From the human T2T-CHM13v2.0 reference genome, Homo sapiens, in NCBI RefSeq assembly GCF_009914755.1, contig NC_060933.1: a DNA stretch of 64,000 nt. One strand, given 5' to 3'. Shown here in pieces: positions 14,400 to 34,621 of the stretch; the stretch's first letter is position 1; every line of letters begins with the position of its first letter. The notes beneath the pieces are model-generated. The model saw only the letters and a list, made by a program, of their open reading frames with translations, was not told the DNA's origin and did no database searches. A program made the position numbers and the translations under genes.

Positions 14400-15500
14400 A
14401 GGTCATGTCTATAATACAATAACCACGTGCTATGTAAATAGAAAAACAAAAATACTGTCAGAGCTCTTATAAATTATAAATATGCAGTCAAGATAAACAT
14501 ACTGTTTTAAATGTTGCAAGAGAAAGTTGAGAAAAGTCTTTCAGATAGTAAAATAAAATGATAGAGCTAGAAGAGTTGAGAAAAAAGAAACTGGATAATT
14601 AATTTAGGATTTTTACCTTCTCATTAAGAGTAATTCCAAAAAGAAAGAGAAGGAAAAAGAAAAGGCTACAACCTATCAAATAATGTAAGAAAATTTCCCA
14701 AAACTGAAATCCATGCATTTCAAATAATACAATTCAATTGAAAGCCCATAATGGTGAATGGAAAAATTATCAAAGTACATCATCATGAAATTTCAGATCA
14801 TAGATAAAAAGATTATAAAACCTTTCATATAGAAAAAGAAATTGAGGCCATACTTGAATAAGACTTCTTAGTAACATTAGAATCTGTAAGATGATGAAGA
14901 CCTCTTTTTAAAATTATAAGGGAAAACTATTTTTGACCTAAAAATCTCTGCTCAGTCATATTACCAGTCAGCATTTTTAGACATCCATGAAATAATAATT
15001 ATAAGAAGAATAAGAGTAATTTCAATGCACCTTTTCCTAGAAAGCTCCTGAAGGACATGCTACAGAAGATGGGAAGGTTATCTATTACACATGGATTCTA
15101 GGAAACAGAGACTGAAAAACAGGAGAGTTGTAAAAAAGAGTCTCAGAATGACAGCTGCCACTCTAACAGGAGAAAGTAAAAGACTAGATAGAAGTAAATT
15201 GGAGAGATGTCAAAAAAAGTTTCATGGAAAAAAATTAACCAATATATTATTTGATATTTTGGCCTGCAGAAATATTGTTAGCACTATGATAGAACTGTTG
15301 AACTATTTTGGGAAAAATAACAATAAATTCATGGAAAACTAAACAAATCAATGTGTGAGGAAAATTTTAACTACAGAAAAAGAATCCTAAAATAACAGAA
15401 ATCACAGCATATTACTTGGCTCTGCAATTTATAATATTTACAAGGTAAAGATCTTGTAAACTAACAACTGATTTAACCAAAACCTGTGATAGAACTATAA
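14400..15500 (+). mobile_element. Very old L1M (L1ME-like) ORF1-region fragments
   Basis: A-rich degenerate ORF1 motifs 'gaaaatttcccaaaactgaa', 'catcatcatgaaatttcaga'. Confidence 0.55.
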
Positions 15501-15547
15501 TAGGATAATTGGATTATGGAAAGTAGAAGAATGGTGGAAAAAAAACA

Positions 15548-15843
15548 GTTGTGATGGCTTATACTTGTAAGTCCAGCAGCTTTGGAGGTTGAGTGAGGCA
15601 GGAGCCAAGAGTTTGAGATTACCTTGGGAAACATAGCAAGATCCCATCTCTTAAAAAATAAAAAAAATGAAAAGCTTACTAGGCATGGTGGCACGTGCCT
15701 ATAGTCCCAGGTACACAGGAGGCTGAAGCAAGAGGATCAGAGGAGCCCAGGAGTTGGAGACTGCAATAAGCCATGATTGCACCACTGCATTTCAGCCTGG
15801 GTGACAGAGGGAAGCCTCAACTCTAAATAATAATAATAATAAC
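15548..15843 (+). mobile_element. AluJ
   Basis: Diverged dimer with 'gagcccaggagttggagactgca' and (AAT)n tail. Confidence 0.88.
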
Positions 15844-17807
15844 GATGAAAAAAGATAAATGCTATACTGCCATATCAAAGTGGTTATATAGAGGAGGGGC
15901 TTCAAGACAGCTGACTAGAATCATCTGGTACTCACCTCCTCCACAAAGAACAACCAAAATTTTGAGGAGATAATCATACTTGGAATAGATAAGCTAGGAG
16001 AGAACACTAAAATTCAACAAAGAAGTGATAGGAAACCTCTAAAGTGAGGAAGGAGGGGAAAGTAAGGCAGCCTGCTAGCCTGGATTGGCTAGGAGCCTGG
16101 AGAGACTCCTCAGTGCAAGCAAAGGTTAAGTGAGAGACTCTCAGTGGTTCACATCTCCTCCATGGACTCCTCCAATCCTAGCCATGGGATAGCCCCTAAA
16201 TCCTTGCGGGCCTGAGACTAACATTGGGAACTGCCTGGAGACCATGTGAAGGCATCACTCCAGGGAGAGAGTATATGCTGGTTTCACACACACCCCAAAG
16301 TCCCAAGCAGCTACAGTAAGGTGCCATTTTACCCAGGAGCCCAACAGATTTAGCAACTCCTTATCATAGGAGCCCCAGTGTCATTCCTTGCACACAGGCA
16401 CTTCAGTGGCTGGCTGCTTCCATTAGGGCTGAAGTGTGAGCCCTTGTCAATGACCTCACTGCCTCCTGCAGCAAAGCTGCCATGCATTTTCACATGTCAT
16501 GAGGACAAATTCCCCTGCTTACAGTAACCACTGCTGTGGGCTGCTGCTCTTGGGGCCAAAGAGAAAAGAAGAGCACACTCCCTAGCAGCCTGCTTATAGT
16601 GGCTTCCATTGAAAGCAAGCCCACCCTCCCCAGTATCAAAGTTGCAGGGCAGCCCCTCCCATACCACACCTGAGCATTCTGCCAGGGATCTAGAGATCAC
16701 CCCACCCCTGCCTACCTCAGCCAGCACCTGCATGCACTACCAGGAGGGCTGAGGACTGGTCCATCTGGCCTTGCTCCTCACTCCTCAGTGTCTGAGGACA
16801 CTATCCATGAGCTTGGGGATCACTTAGCCCAGTCCACCGCCATAACCATCTGAGCACTTCTCCCAAGGGCCTGAGGTCAGGACCACCCAGCCGATTGCTG
16901 CTACCACAAACACCAGGGCAGATTTCTTGGGAACCAGAGGATTGTCCTGTCATTGTTATAGCCATTGTCTAATGCTATGCCTGCTGCCTAGGACCCCAAA
17001 CCGACCCACCCAGCCAGCCCATTTCTGTCACCACCAGCACCAAAGCAAGCCACCTGGAGGCCCAAGATTCAGCCACGCTGGACCTAGTAATTCCAGTGCC
17101 AGCACCTGCCACCATGGAGCCCAAGAATAGGTACAATTCAGCTGCCACTGCCACCACTGGATCCCAACAATAGGCCCATATGGCACACACATCTCCAGGA
17201 AAAGTTCATCACAGCCTCCACACCATAAATTACTAAGGAAATTACAGTCACCACTAATCTGTTTATAGCCAATAAATCATACAGAGATTATACTACTGCA
17301 CACACCCAGAATTAAAGTCAAAATGCTCTATCCAACAAAAACCATAAACATATCTTCAGGAAAAAGTCCCTCTATGAAAGTAACTTCAAAATAGTGGAAG
17401 AAGTGACTGTTATACCAGATGCATCGATATCAACATAAAAACAAAACAAATATGAAAAAGGAAGAAAATATGATACCTCTAAAAGAACACAGTAATTATC
17501 CAGCAACAGATTGCAATCAAAATGAAAATTATAAAATCCCAGAAAAAAATTCAAAACAGTGATACTAAAGAAGTTACATCTCCATCCAATGTGATAGAAA
17601 AAAATTCTGAAAATACATAAAAAAAATTTAAGGTATAGATGAGAAATGTACCAAACAGATAAATAACATAAAAAACCAAACAGAAATTATAGAATTAAAA
17701 AATTTATCAAATAAAACAAAAATATATTTGAAAGCTTTAACAATAGAATAGATAAAGCAGAAGAAAGAATTTTAGACCTCGAAGACTTATCTTTTAAAAT
17801 AACTCAG

Positions 17808-18172
17808 TGTATTAATCCATTCTCATGCTGCTATAAATAACTACCTGAGACTGGGCAATTTATGAAGAAAAGAGATTTAATTGACACATAGTTCCACAGG
17901 CTTTATAGGAAGCATGGCTGGGAGGCATCAGGAAACTTACAATCATAGCAGAAAGGAAAGAGGAAGCAAGAGTGGAGCAGAAGAGACAGAGATAAGGGGG
18001 AAGTGCTACACACTTATAAACAACGAGATATTGTGAGAACTCACTATAATGAGAAGCAAGGGGGAATCCACCCTCATGTTCCAATCACCTTCCACCAGAT
18101 CCTTCCCACAACACTGGAGATTAACAATACAACATGAGATTGTGGGCGTTGACACAGCACCAAACCATACCA
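17808..18172 (-). mobile_element. MSTA-like MaLR solo LTR
   Basis: TG...CA ends, 'gcatggctgggaggcatcaggaaacttacaatc', 5-bp TSD ctcag/cccag. Confidence 0.88.
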
Positions 18173-18317
18173 CCCAGTCAGACAAAAAATAAAAAAGATT
18201 TAAAAGAATGACCACAGCTTAAGTGACATACAGGACACCACAGGGTAACAAAATATTCAAATTTTCAATGTCCCAGAAGATAAAGGGAAAACAAAAGAGA
18301 TAGAAAATCAATTTAGT

Positions 18318-18626
<309 letters not shown>

Positions 18627-18970
18627 CTAGTTAGTGAAATAATAGAAGAAAACTTCCCAAGTCTAGCAAGAGATTTTAGACATCTAAGTACAAGAAGCAA
18701 AAAGATCCCCAATATATACAACTCAAAAAGATCTTCTCCTATGGCATGTTATATTTAAACTACAAAAAGTCAGAGACAAAGATGGAATTTTAAAAATAGC
18801 TAGAGAAAAGCAACTATCATTCATAAGGAAATAAATCCCCATCAGTCTAGTAGCAAATTTCTCAGCAGAAACCTTACAGGCCAGGGGAGAATGGGGTAAT
18901 ATATTCAAAGTAATAAAAGAAAGAAACTGCCAGTCAAGAATACTATACCCAAATTATCCTTCCAGGAAAA

Positions 18971-19561
18971 TTCCACTAATTTATATTCCAGGACAGTATG
19001 ACAATGTGGAAGACAGTATGACAATTCCTCAAGGATCTAGAACCAGAAATAGCATTTGACCCAGCAATCCTATTACTGGTTATATACCGAAAGGATTATC
19101 AATCATTCTACACATGCACACGTATGTTTATTGCAGCACTATTTACAATAGCAAAGACATGGAACCAACCCAAATGCCCATCAATGATAGACTTGATAAA
19201 GAAAATGTGGTACGTTATACCATGGGACACTATGCAGCCATAAAAAGGAATGAGATCATGTCTTTTGCAGAGACATGGATGAAGCTGGAAGCCATCATCT
19301 TCAGTAAACTAACACAGGAACAGAAAACTAAACACTGCATGTTCTCACTCATAAGTGGGAGTTGAATAGTGAGAACACATGGACACAGGGAGGGGAACAA
19401 CACAACCCAGGGCCTGCTGCGGGGCTGGGAGAGAAGAGAGGGAACTTAGAGGATGGATCGATAGGTGCAGCAAACTACCATGGAACACGTATACCTATTT
19501 TAACAAACCTGCAGGTTCTGCACATGTATTTCAGAACTTAAAGTAAGATTTTTTAAAAAAA
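18971..19561 (+). mobile_element. 5'-truncated L1PA8-10-like 3' end with complex 5' junction
   Basis: 'ttcctcaaggatctagaacc', 'gggaacttagaggatgg', 'agaacttaaagtaa'. Confidence 0.88.
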
Positions 19562-20189
19562 GATGCAACTACTCTAGTAAAAACTTTAAATTATTAAATG
19601 TATTTTAAAAGGTAGACATCCTGGTGAGGTTGACTAGAGAGAGCGCCTCTTTTTTGAAGCATCAAGGCAGAGGAAAATATTACCTGCAATAAGGAATAGG
19701 GAGAAACCTACTTTAAGCCTCTACATAGGCCCACAACAGAATCCTGAAAGGTAAATCTAGGGGCAAATCCACCTAGATGTTGTGCCAGGTGTGGCAGCTA
19801 CCCCATGGTACAAAAGCAAAAAGCCACTGAATTTCTAGGCACCTCGGTAGACTTGAACAATGAGGATTTTTTGGAAAGGATGAAAAGAAAAGCAATGTAC
19901 TTGACTGAACTTGAACTCCAAGGTTTACTCTCTTAAACTGCTATTCAGAAACTACTGAAGGCAAACTGCCAGGGTGAAGAAAAGGAAGTGATAGCTGAGT
20001 TTGTTGAATGAGAAAAGCAGAAGCAGCAGTAATAGAAACGTGAGCATGGGTGAAAGCTGAGGATTCCAAGAAACGACAAGAAAGACAGGAAAAGAACAAC
20101 AGGGGAACCAAGAGATTATATTGCTGCTTGAAAATTGTGAAGATCTACATTATAGGCAACATTCCAGGTGAGTTTACATAAAGTTTGAA

Positions 20190-20325
20190 GAACCTGACCC
20201 TGAGCAATCCAATTTACCCTTTAAGTCTCAGTTTCCACCTCTGCAAAATGTAGATAAAACCTACTTCAGAGTGTTGGTATGAATGCAACACTAAAATGAT
20301 TTTAAATAGATGACAGCACTTAGGA
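20190..20325. mobile_element. MIR fragment
   Basis: MIR core 'gtctcagtttccacctctgcaaaatg...cctacttcagag'. Confidence 0.65.
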
Positions 20326-21951
20326 GACTGTAAATTTCCATGGCAAAAGTTCCAGGATGAAAGGGAAACCTCCTCAAGGGAATCTTGAAAACAGAACGTT
20401 TACTGAGGTGACAGCAGAGGAAGCTCACTGTTTTGCTATCAGTTTTCACTGAGGAGAATATGTCAAGGCCATCATCTGTTTGAATATCCCAATCTCTGGC
20501 ACTTCAGATTGATAAAAATAACCCCTCTTAATGTATCTAGAAATTGAAGAAAATTTTCCCTCAAGATTTAAAAATATTTCCAATGGCACAATAATTTAAG
20601 CAAAAGTGAGTATTTACATAATAAAAAACCTAGAAATGAAATAGTAGAAATAGGATTTTAGACAAAATAGCAAATATATGTCAGAAAAGCCTGTAAGTGA
20701 TTTGTGGCAAGGGCTTCTTTTACTCCTATAATTTTTATATTATTTCGCTACAATTTGGTTTTCCTCTCTCTGATTTTCATTTCTTTGGCTATCTATTTGA
20801 ACCTTCTGATTTTCTGCTTTAGTAGTTCCTTCACTGCATTGTAGTAGAATGCTTTAAGATGTGAGGATAATAGGAATAAATATTTAACATGATAATACAA
20901 CTAACTACTGCCATCTAATTTCCTGCAGTGTAAAGGAGTCTAGGAACAGTAATCATTCCGCATTTTGTTGGATATTTCCACCTAGTTTTAATAAGAATGG
21001 TTATCAAACACTGTTTAAGCCTTTTAGACATTTATCACAGGAAAAAACATAAAAAGGATCATAAATTGAAGTCATGTGATGTAATTTTTCAAAGAGAAAA
21101 TCTTAAATTTTTCTTTTTTGTGGGGAGGTGTCAATCCTTAAAGCATCACTGAATATCTCCCCTCTCCCCAAATCCTTATATTCATTTTATGATCCTGCAA
21201 CTTCACATAGCACTGGTTAAATCAGGTGAGCTGTATCTAAGCTATTACCTAACACTGTCATTTGGTGAAGAAAATAAAGCAAAATGATAGGCTGAATGAA
21301 TCTACATGCAACAGTTTGAATGGATATTTAAATTGCACTTACAGCCATTTTTGTCTTTCCTTTGGAGATTTTTTTTTTTTTTTTTAATTCTAACAAGAGA
21401 AAAAGCCTGACATTATCTCAGGGGCTTTGAAAGCTACAATGAATGGCCTACATTTAGGGAAACTGGCATTTGTTGTCTTGAATTTCTCATGAAACAACAG
21501 GGATTCCTGCCTAAAAATCACCCATTAATGCTATCCCCGTGTATTTGTTCAGCTTAGGGTTTCAAGTTCATTTTCAGTCTGAAATCCTAGCCTAATGCTT
21601 CCTTTAGTTTTAAATTTAAAAATGAAATTCAGCTAACATTAGTTTTTGAAAAACTATTGAAAAAACAACAATAAATGGATCCTATACTTATGCAAATTGC
21701 ATAAAATCTAAGATTTGGAAATGTCCAATAAATACAAGAAAAACAAACACCTAAGTATATCCTATATATCAAATGTACCATCTATCCTGTGACTGTTAGG
21801 TAATGTGTAATTTGCATGACACTGAATCTGACTAATAACCTCTGGTAGATTTTTTTTTCTTTTAAAGAGGCCTCTACAATGAATAAATATAAATATCCAA
21901 GCTCTCAGTATAGATATATTTGCTTTTTGGTAGAGGGCAAAACAGATAATC

Positions 21952-22463
21952 TTTTTTTTTTAATTTGAAAAATAATTTTTTAAAACAAATTTTACTTTAG
22001 GTTCCAGGATACATGTGAAGAACGAGTAGGTTTGTTACATAGGTATACGTGTGCCATGGTGGTTTGATGAAGCTATTGACCCGTCCTCTAAGTTCCCTCC
22101 CCTCGCCTCCCACCCCACAACAGGCCCTGTTGTGTGTTTCCCCTCCCTGTGTCCATGTGTACTTATTGTTCAACTCCCACTTATGAGTGAGGACATGCAG
22201 TGTTTGGTTTTCTGTTCCTCTGTTAGTCTGCTGAGGATGATGGCTTCCAGTTTCATCCATGTCCCTGCAAAGGACACACTCTCATTGCTTTCTATGGCTG
22301 TGCAGTATCCTATGTTATACATGTACCACATTTTCTTTATCCAGTCTATAATTGATGGGCATTTGGGTTGGTTCCATGTCTTTGCTATTGTAAATAGTGC
22401 TGCAATAAATGTGCATGTCTTTATAGTAGAATGATTTATATTCCTGTGGGTAAAACACACAGT
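21952..22463 (-). mobile_element. 5'-truncated L1PA8-10-like 3' end
   Basis: Same 3'UTR type as 19006-19561 ('cctctaagttccct'), opposite orientation. Confidence 0.88.
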
Positions 22464-22773
22464 TGAGTTGGCAGATCATGACTCTGAGTGCCATTTTTGA
22501 TGCTACATGTGCTCTCTCCAGAACCTTGTTTACTAGACACCTGGCGGTTCTGGTGATTGACTATTGAGGAAAACGTAATTCTCTAAGTTAATTCTTGAAA
22601 TAAAGCCAGAAGCAAATATACTTCAACAGTTTGTAATGTGACAAACCTTTAACAAGCACCTTAAATTAAGCTTTGTGTGATTTTCCGCCTACCTTGCTGT
22701 GCTTTCAAAAAGAAAATCATAAAACTGTTAGGGGAAGCAATTACTTGGGAAGACATGTACTGGGCAAACTTTC

Positions 22774-29087
<6,314 letters not shown>

Positions 29088-32000
29088 AAAGGGTAGGTCT
29101 TATTTATTTTTTCTAACTATTTTTTATACCCATTAACCATCACCCAGCCCCAACTCGGTTCCCCCACTCCCTGACTATGCTCCCCAGCCTCTGGTAACAA
29201 TGCTTCTGCTCTATGTTCATGAGTTTAATTGTATTAATTTATATCTTCCACAAATAAGTGAGAACATGCAATTATTGTCTTTCTGTGCCTGGCTTAATTC
29301 ACTTAACATAATGACCATCCATCCATGTTGTTGTAGATGACAGGATCTCATTATTTTTTATGGCTGAATAGTACTCCATTATGTATATGTACCATCACTT
29401 TCTTTATTTATTCATCTGTTGATGGATACTTAGATTGCTTCCAAATATTGGCTATTGTGAATAGTGCTGGAATAAATATGGGAGTTAAGCTATCTCTTTA
29501 ATATATGGACGTTCTTTCTTTTAGGTATATACCCGGAGGTAGGACTGCTGGATCATATGGTAGCTCTAGTTTTAGTTTTTTTTGGGGAGCCTCTGAACTG
29601 TTCCCCATAGTGTTTGTACTAATTTATATTCCCACTAGTATTGTAGGAGGGTTCTCTTTTTTCCACATCCTCTTCCCCATTTGTTATTGCCTGTCTTTCG
29701 GATAAAAGCCATTTTAACTGGGGTGTTTTGATATCTCATTTTATTATGATTTGTGTTTCTCTGATGATCAATGATGTTGAGCCCCTTTTCTTATGCCCGT
29801 TTGCCATTTGTAAGTCTTTTTTTGAGAAATGTTGATTCAAATCTTTTGCCCATTTAAAAATAAGATTATTTACAGCATTTCACTTTTATGAAAAATAGTG
29901 ATGGAATATTCAGATTATTAGATTTTTTTTCCTCTGGAATTGTTTAAGCCCTTTATATATTGTTTATTAATCCCTTGCCAGATGGGTAGTTTGCAAATAT
30001 TTTCTCCCATTTGATGGATTGTCTCTTCACATCTTTGTTGTTTCCTTTGCTGTGCAGAAGCTCTTTAACTTAATGTGATTCCATTGGTCTATTTTTGCTT
30101 TGTTTCCCTGTGCTTGTGGGTATTATTCAAGAAATGTTTGCCCAAACCAATGTCTTTGAAAATTTCCCTAATGTTTTCTTGTAGTAGTCTCATAGTTTGA
30201 GGTCTTAGTTTTAAGTCTTTAATCCATATTTTCATTTGTGTTTGTGTGTGGCACTAGATAAGGGTCTAGTTTCATTCATTTGCATATGGATATCCAGTTT
30301 TCCCAGCACCATTTATTGGAGAGATTCTCTTTTCTCCAGTGTATGTTCTTGGCACTTTTGTTTAAAAATGCATTTAATGTGTAGGTAAATGGATTTGTTT
30401 CTGTGTTCTCTATTATGTTCTATCGGTCTATGTGTCTGTTTTTATGGCAGCATTATGCTGTTTCGGTTACTATAGCTCTGTATTATAATTTAAAATTGGG
30501 TAATGTGATTTTTCCAATTTTGGTCTTTTTGCTTAGGATAGCTTTGGCTGTGCTAGATCCTTTTTTTGTTACATACAAATTTTAGGATTGCTTTTTCAGT
30601 TCCTGTGAAGAATGTAATTGGTATTTCATAGGGAGTGCATTGAATCCGTAGATTGCTTTGGGTAATATGGACATTTTAATAATATTGTTCTTTCCAATCC
30701 ATCAACATGGAATATCTTTCCATTTTTTGTGTGTCTTCTTCAATTCCTTATATCAGTGTTTAAAAGTTTTTTTTATAGAGATGTTATACTTAAAGTGAAA
30801 GTAAAATTAATTCCTAGGTATTTAATTTTATTTGTGGCTATTGTAAATGAGATTACTTTTTTGATTTCTCTTTCAGATGGTTTGCTATAGGCATATAGAT
30901 ACGCTACCAATTTTTGCATGTTGATTTTGTATTCTGCAACTTTACTGAATTTATCAGTTCTAATAGTTTCTTGGAGGAATCTTTAGGTTTTTCCAATTAT
31001 AAGATTATATAATCTGCAAACAGGGATAATTTGACATTTTTCATTCCAGTTTGGATGCCTTTTATTTCTTTCTCTTGTCTGATTGCTCTTGCTAGGACTT
31101 CCAGCACTGTGTTGAATAACAGTGGTGAAAGTGGGCATCCTTATTTTGTTCCAGATTTTAGAGGAAAGCTTTTCAGTTTTTCTTCATTCAGTGTGATACT
31201 AGCTGTGGGTTTCTTATATATGGCTTTTATATGTTGAAGTGTATTTCTTCTATGCCCAGTTTTTTGAGAGATTTTATCATGAAGGGATATTAAGTTTTAT
31301 CAAATGCCTTTTCAGCATCAATTGAAATGGTCATATGTTTTTTATCATTCATTCTGTTGATAGGATGTATCACATTGATTGATTTGCATATGTTGAACAA
31401 TCCTTGCATCCTTGGGGTAAATCCTACTTGGTCATGATGAATGATCTTTTTTAATGTATTGTTGAATTAGGTTTGTTAGCATTTTGTTGATGATTTTTGA
31501 ATCAATATTTATCAGAGATATGTGCCTGTAATTTCCTTTTTTGATGTTTGTCTGGTTTTTGTATCAGGGTAATACTCTCCTTGCAGAATGAGTTTGGAAG
31601 TGTTCCCTCCTCCTCCATTTCTTGGAACAGTTTGAGTAGGATTAGTTCTTCTTAAATATTTGGTAGAATTCAGGACTGAAGCCGTCAGGTGCCAGGCTTT
31701 TCTTTCCTGGGAAACTTTTTATTACGGCTTTGATATTGTTACTTGTTATTGGTCTAGTCAGGTTTTGGATTTCTTCATTATTCAATCTTGGCAGGGTTGC
31801 GTGTGTTCAGGAATTTATCCATTTATTCTGGATTTTCTCGTTTATTTGCATATAGTTGTTCATAGTAGCCACTAATAATCCTTTGAATTTCTGCTGTAAC
31901 AGTTTTAATGTCTACTTTTTCATCTCTGATTTTATTTATTTGTGTCTTCTTTCTTTTTTTCATAGTCTGGCTAATGTTTTGTCAATTTTGATTAACTTCT

Positions 32001-33350
32001 CAAAAATCCAACTTTTTGTTTATCATTAATCTTTTGTATTGTTTTTTTATTTTAATTTTATTTATTTCTGCTATGATCTTTACTATTTTTTTCCTACTAA
32101 TTTTGGGGTTTGGTTTGGTTTTGCTTTTCTAGGTCTTTAAGTTGCATCATTAGGTTGTTCACTTGAAATTCTTTTTTTTCTTATTTAATGTAGGCAATTA
32201 TAGGTGTAAACTTCCCTTAGTAATGTGTTTGCTGTATCCCATAGGTTTTGGTATGTTGTGTTTTCATTTTCATTTGCTTTACGAAATTTTTCAATTTTCT
32301 TTTGAATTTCTTCATTGGCCCCCTGGTTATTTAGAAGCATGTTGCTTAGTTTTCATATATTTGTATAGTTTTCAGAATTCCTCTTGTGATTGAGTTCTAG
32401 TTTTATTCCATTGTGGTCAGAGAAGATACTTGATATTTTCTCAAGATTGTTTTTGAATGTTTTGACTTATTTTGTGATGTAACATATCCTTGAGATAGTC
32501 CCAGGCAGGTCCAGAGGTACAGTCTGGGAGCTGGGGACTACAGTCTATAACCTGAGAAGTTGATATAGTTTGGATATGTGTCCCTGCCCAAATCTCATGT
32601 TGAACTGTAATCCCAATGTTGGAGGTGGGGCCTGATGGGAGGAGATTAGATCATGGGAGTGGATTTCTCATGAATGGTTTAGCAATATCCCTTGGTGCTA
32701 TTCCTATGATAGTGAGTTCTTGTGAGATCTAGTTGTTTAAAAGTATGTGGCACCTCTTCCCTTGCTCCTGCTTTCGCCATGTGTTGTGCCTGCTCCCACA
32801 TTACTTTCCCACTGAGTAAAAGCTCTCTGAGAACTCCCAGAAGCCAAGTAATGATGGTGCCATGCTTGTATTGCCTGCAGAACTGTGAACCAATTAAGCC
32901 TTTTTTAAAAAAATAAATTGCCCAGTGTCAGATATTTCTTTATAGCAATGCAAGAACAACCTAATACAAAATTCTGCCTTGGGTTCTATTGTACTGTGGC
33001 TGAGCTGCCACTCAAACCACAAGATGCAGTTTTTCTCACTCTTCTTTCCCCTTTCCAAAGGCAGAGGAGCCTCACCCATAGCCACTGCCACCACAGGATC
33101 ATGGGGAGTACTGCCAGGCTTTTGCTAATGTTCCCTTAAGGCCAAGCCCCCTTCAGTCAGCTTGTGATGAATACTTCCTCTTGTGGGACTCACAGTTAAG
33201 GGAAGTAGGCTCCCTTGTGGTTTGGGGCAGGTCCAGAAATGCCATCCAAGAGCCAAAGCCTGGAAATGGGGACCCCAGGAGCTCTCTTGGTGCTCTACCC
33301 AACTGCGGCCAAGCTGGTAACTAAGGTGTAAGTCAAAGTCCCCTGTAATT
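29088..33350 (-). mobile_element. L1MA-like element: 3'UTR (tip missing), ORF2 to ~32494, joined directly to 5'UTR sequence; MST LTR inserted
   Basis: 'cccacaaataagtgagaacatg'-like 3'UTR, continuous ORF2 homology, L1MA 5'UTR motifs 'aggcaggtccagag' and 'ccaaaggcagaggagcctcacc'. Confidence 0.85.
32561..32968 (+). mobile_element. MSTA/MSTB-like MaLR solo LTR
   Basis: 'tgatatagtttggatatgtgtccc...gaacaacctaataca'. Confidence 0.88.
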
Positions 33351-34621
33351 TTCAAACTGGTAGGTTTTATTATTTATATAGGCTATATGTTGTTGAAGGC
33401 AGCAGCACGGTTAGCAAAAATAAGAGCTGGAGTGGATGTCTTAGTGGTTGAGGAGCATGTTTTGCTTCTTTGTTTTATTATGCCTAACTACTTTCTAACA
33501 CAGGATTGCCAGGTTAGTATGGCAAGAGGACAGGGGAATCTGATCCCAACCCTCTCAGATGTGTTTTGGCACCTTAAATGGAGAGTTCCTTCTCTTATAT
33601 CATGTCCCCCATTCTCTATTCCAGAAAGGATACTTACTCTGGTCTCCAGGTGCAGTTATGAAGCCTTTCTAAGTTCCTATTACCACCTACATTTCTTTGA
33701 TTTGAGTGTCCTTTATCTTCTCCCAAAATCCTTTTTGAAACTTTGCTACCTTTGAACTTATCTGTTTCTTGGAGAGTCCTTCTTTGTCTATTTTCCACAA
33801 GCTTTAGAGACCCCACTTCCCCAGAATACTTTAGGGTTTATTCAGTGTTTTTAAGTTAGTAAACAGTAACTACATGTTGTAGGATTATGCATGAACCAAG
33901 TGTTCAACAGACGAGAGAACATAAGACCTCATGTGGAAGATCTTATGTGGAAGGCAATTCTCTGTCTTCCTCAATTCCTAACGTGGAAAGCATTCTCTGT
34001 CTTCCAAGAACCATGTGCAGTGTAGTCTATAGCTTACCAATATACCTCTGAAAACACATCCAGAAATTCAATCGAAATGCCAAGGCTTCACATCTTGAAA
34101 AACCTAAAATTCATTAATAGGCATATTTTACTAATTCTAACTGGTAAACTTTTAGTCTTGTTGCAGACCTTTGCAAATCAGCTATGGAAAACTGGTTTTC
34201 CATGTAAAAGCCTGTGCTTGTGTTTACATGCTGAGAAAAATTCAATTTGCCCTCTGAACCTCTTTCAAGAAAACTTCAAATGTGAAACATGTATTCTATG
34301 GTTTTTTTGGCTGCATATATTTCCAGACTTATTATTAAGTTTATAAAATTATGTGATCAATAGTCATAAAATTGTTTCTTTGGTTGTCTCTTAAGAAAAC
34401 TATATTGGCAATCCTTAACTTATTATGAGCATAACACAGTATAATAATAGAATAAAAAAAAGTTGGAATCCAGGATTTTCATAAGCTTGAAACATGATAT
34501 TTATTAATTTGGTGATTTATGCACTAACCATTTAGCGTGACAATTAGCTTGTTAAATAAAGCTTCACTTGGATTTGGTATTTGGGAACCAAGGGAAAGTA
34601 GTTTGTAAGAATCTCAGTCAG

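Noticed and set aside
19620-20720. Possible processed pseudogene or CR1/L3 relic
   Set aside because: There is no ORF, poly-A or TSD, and only a faint CR1-like resemblance near 20400-20710, too weak to call.
18960-22480. A second inversion between the small inverted L1PA8-10 pair
   Set aside because: Cross-matching of flanks is weak, and the interrupted L1MA ORF1 does not resume at the partner's flank.
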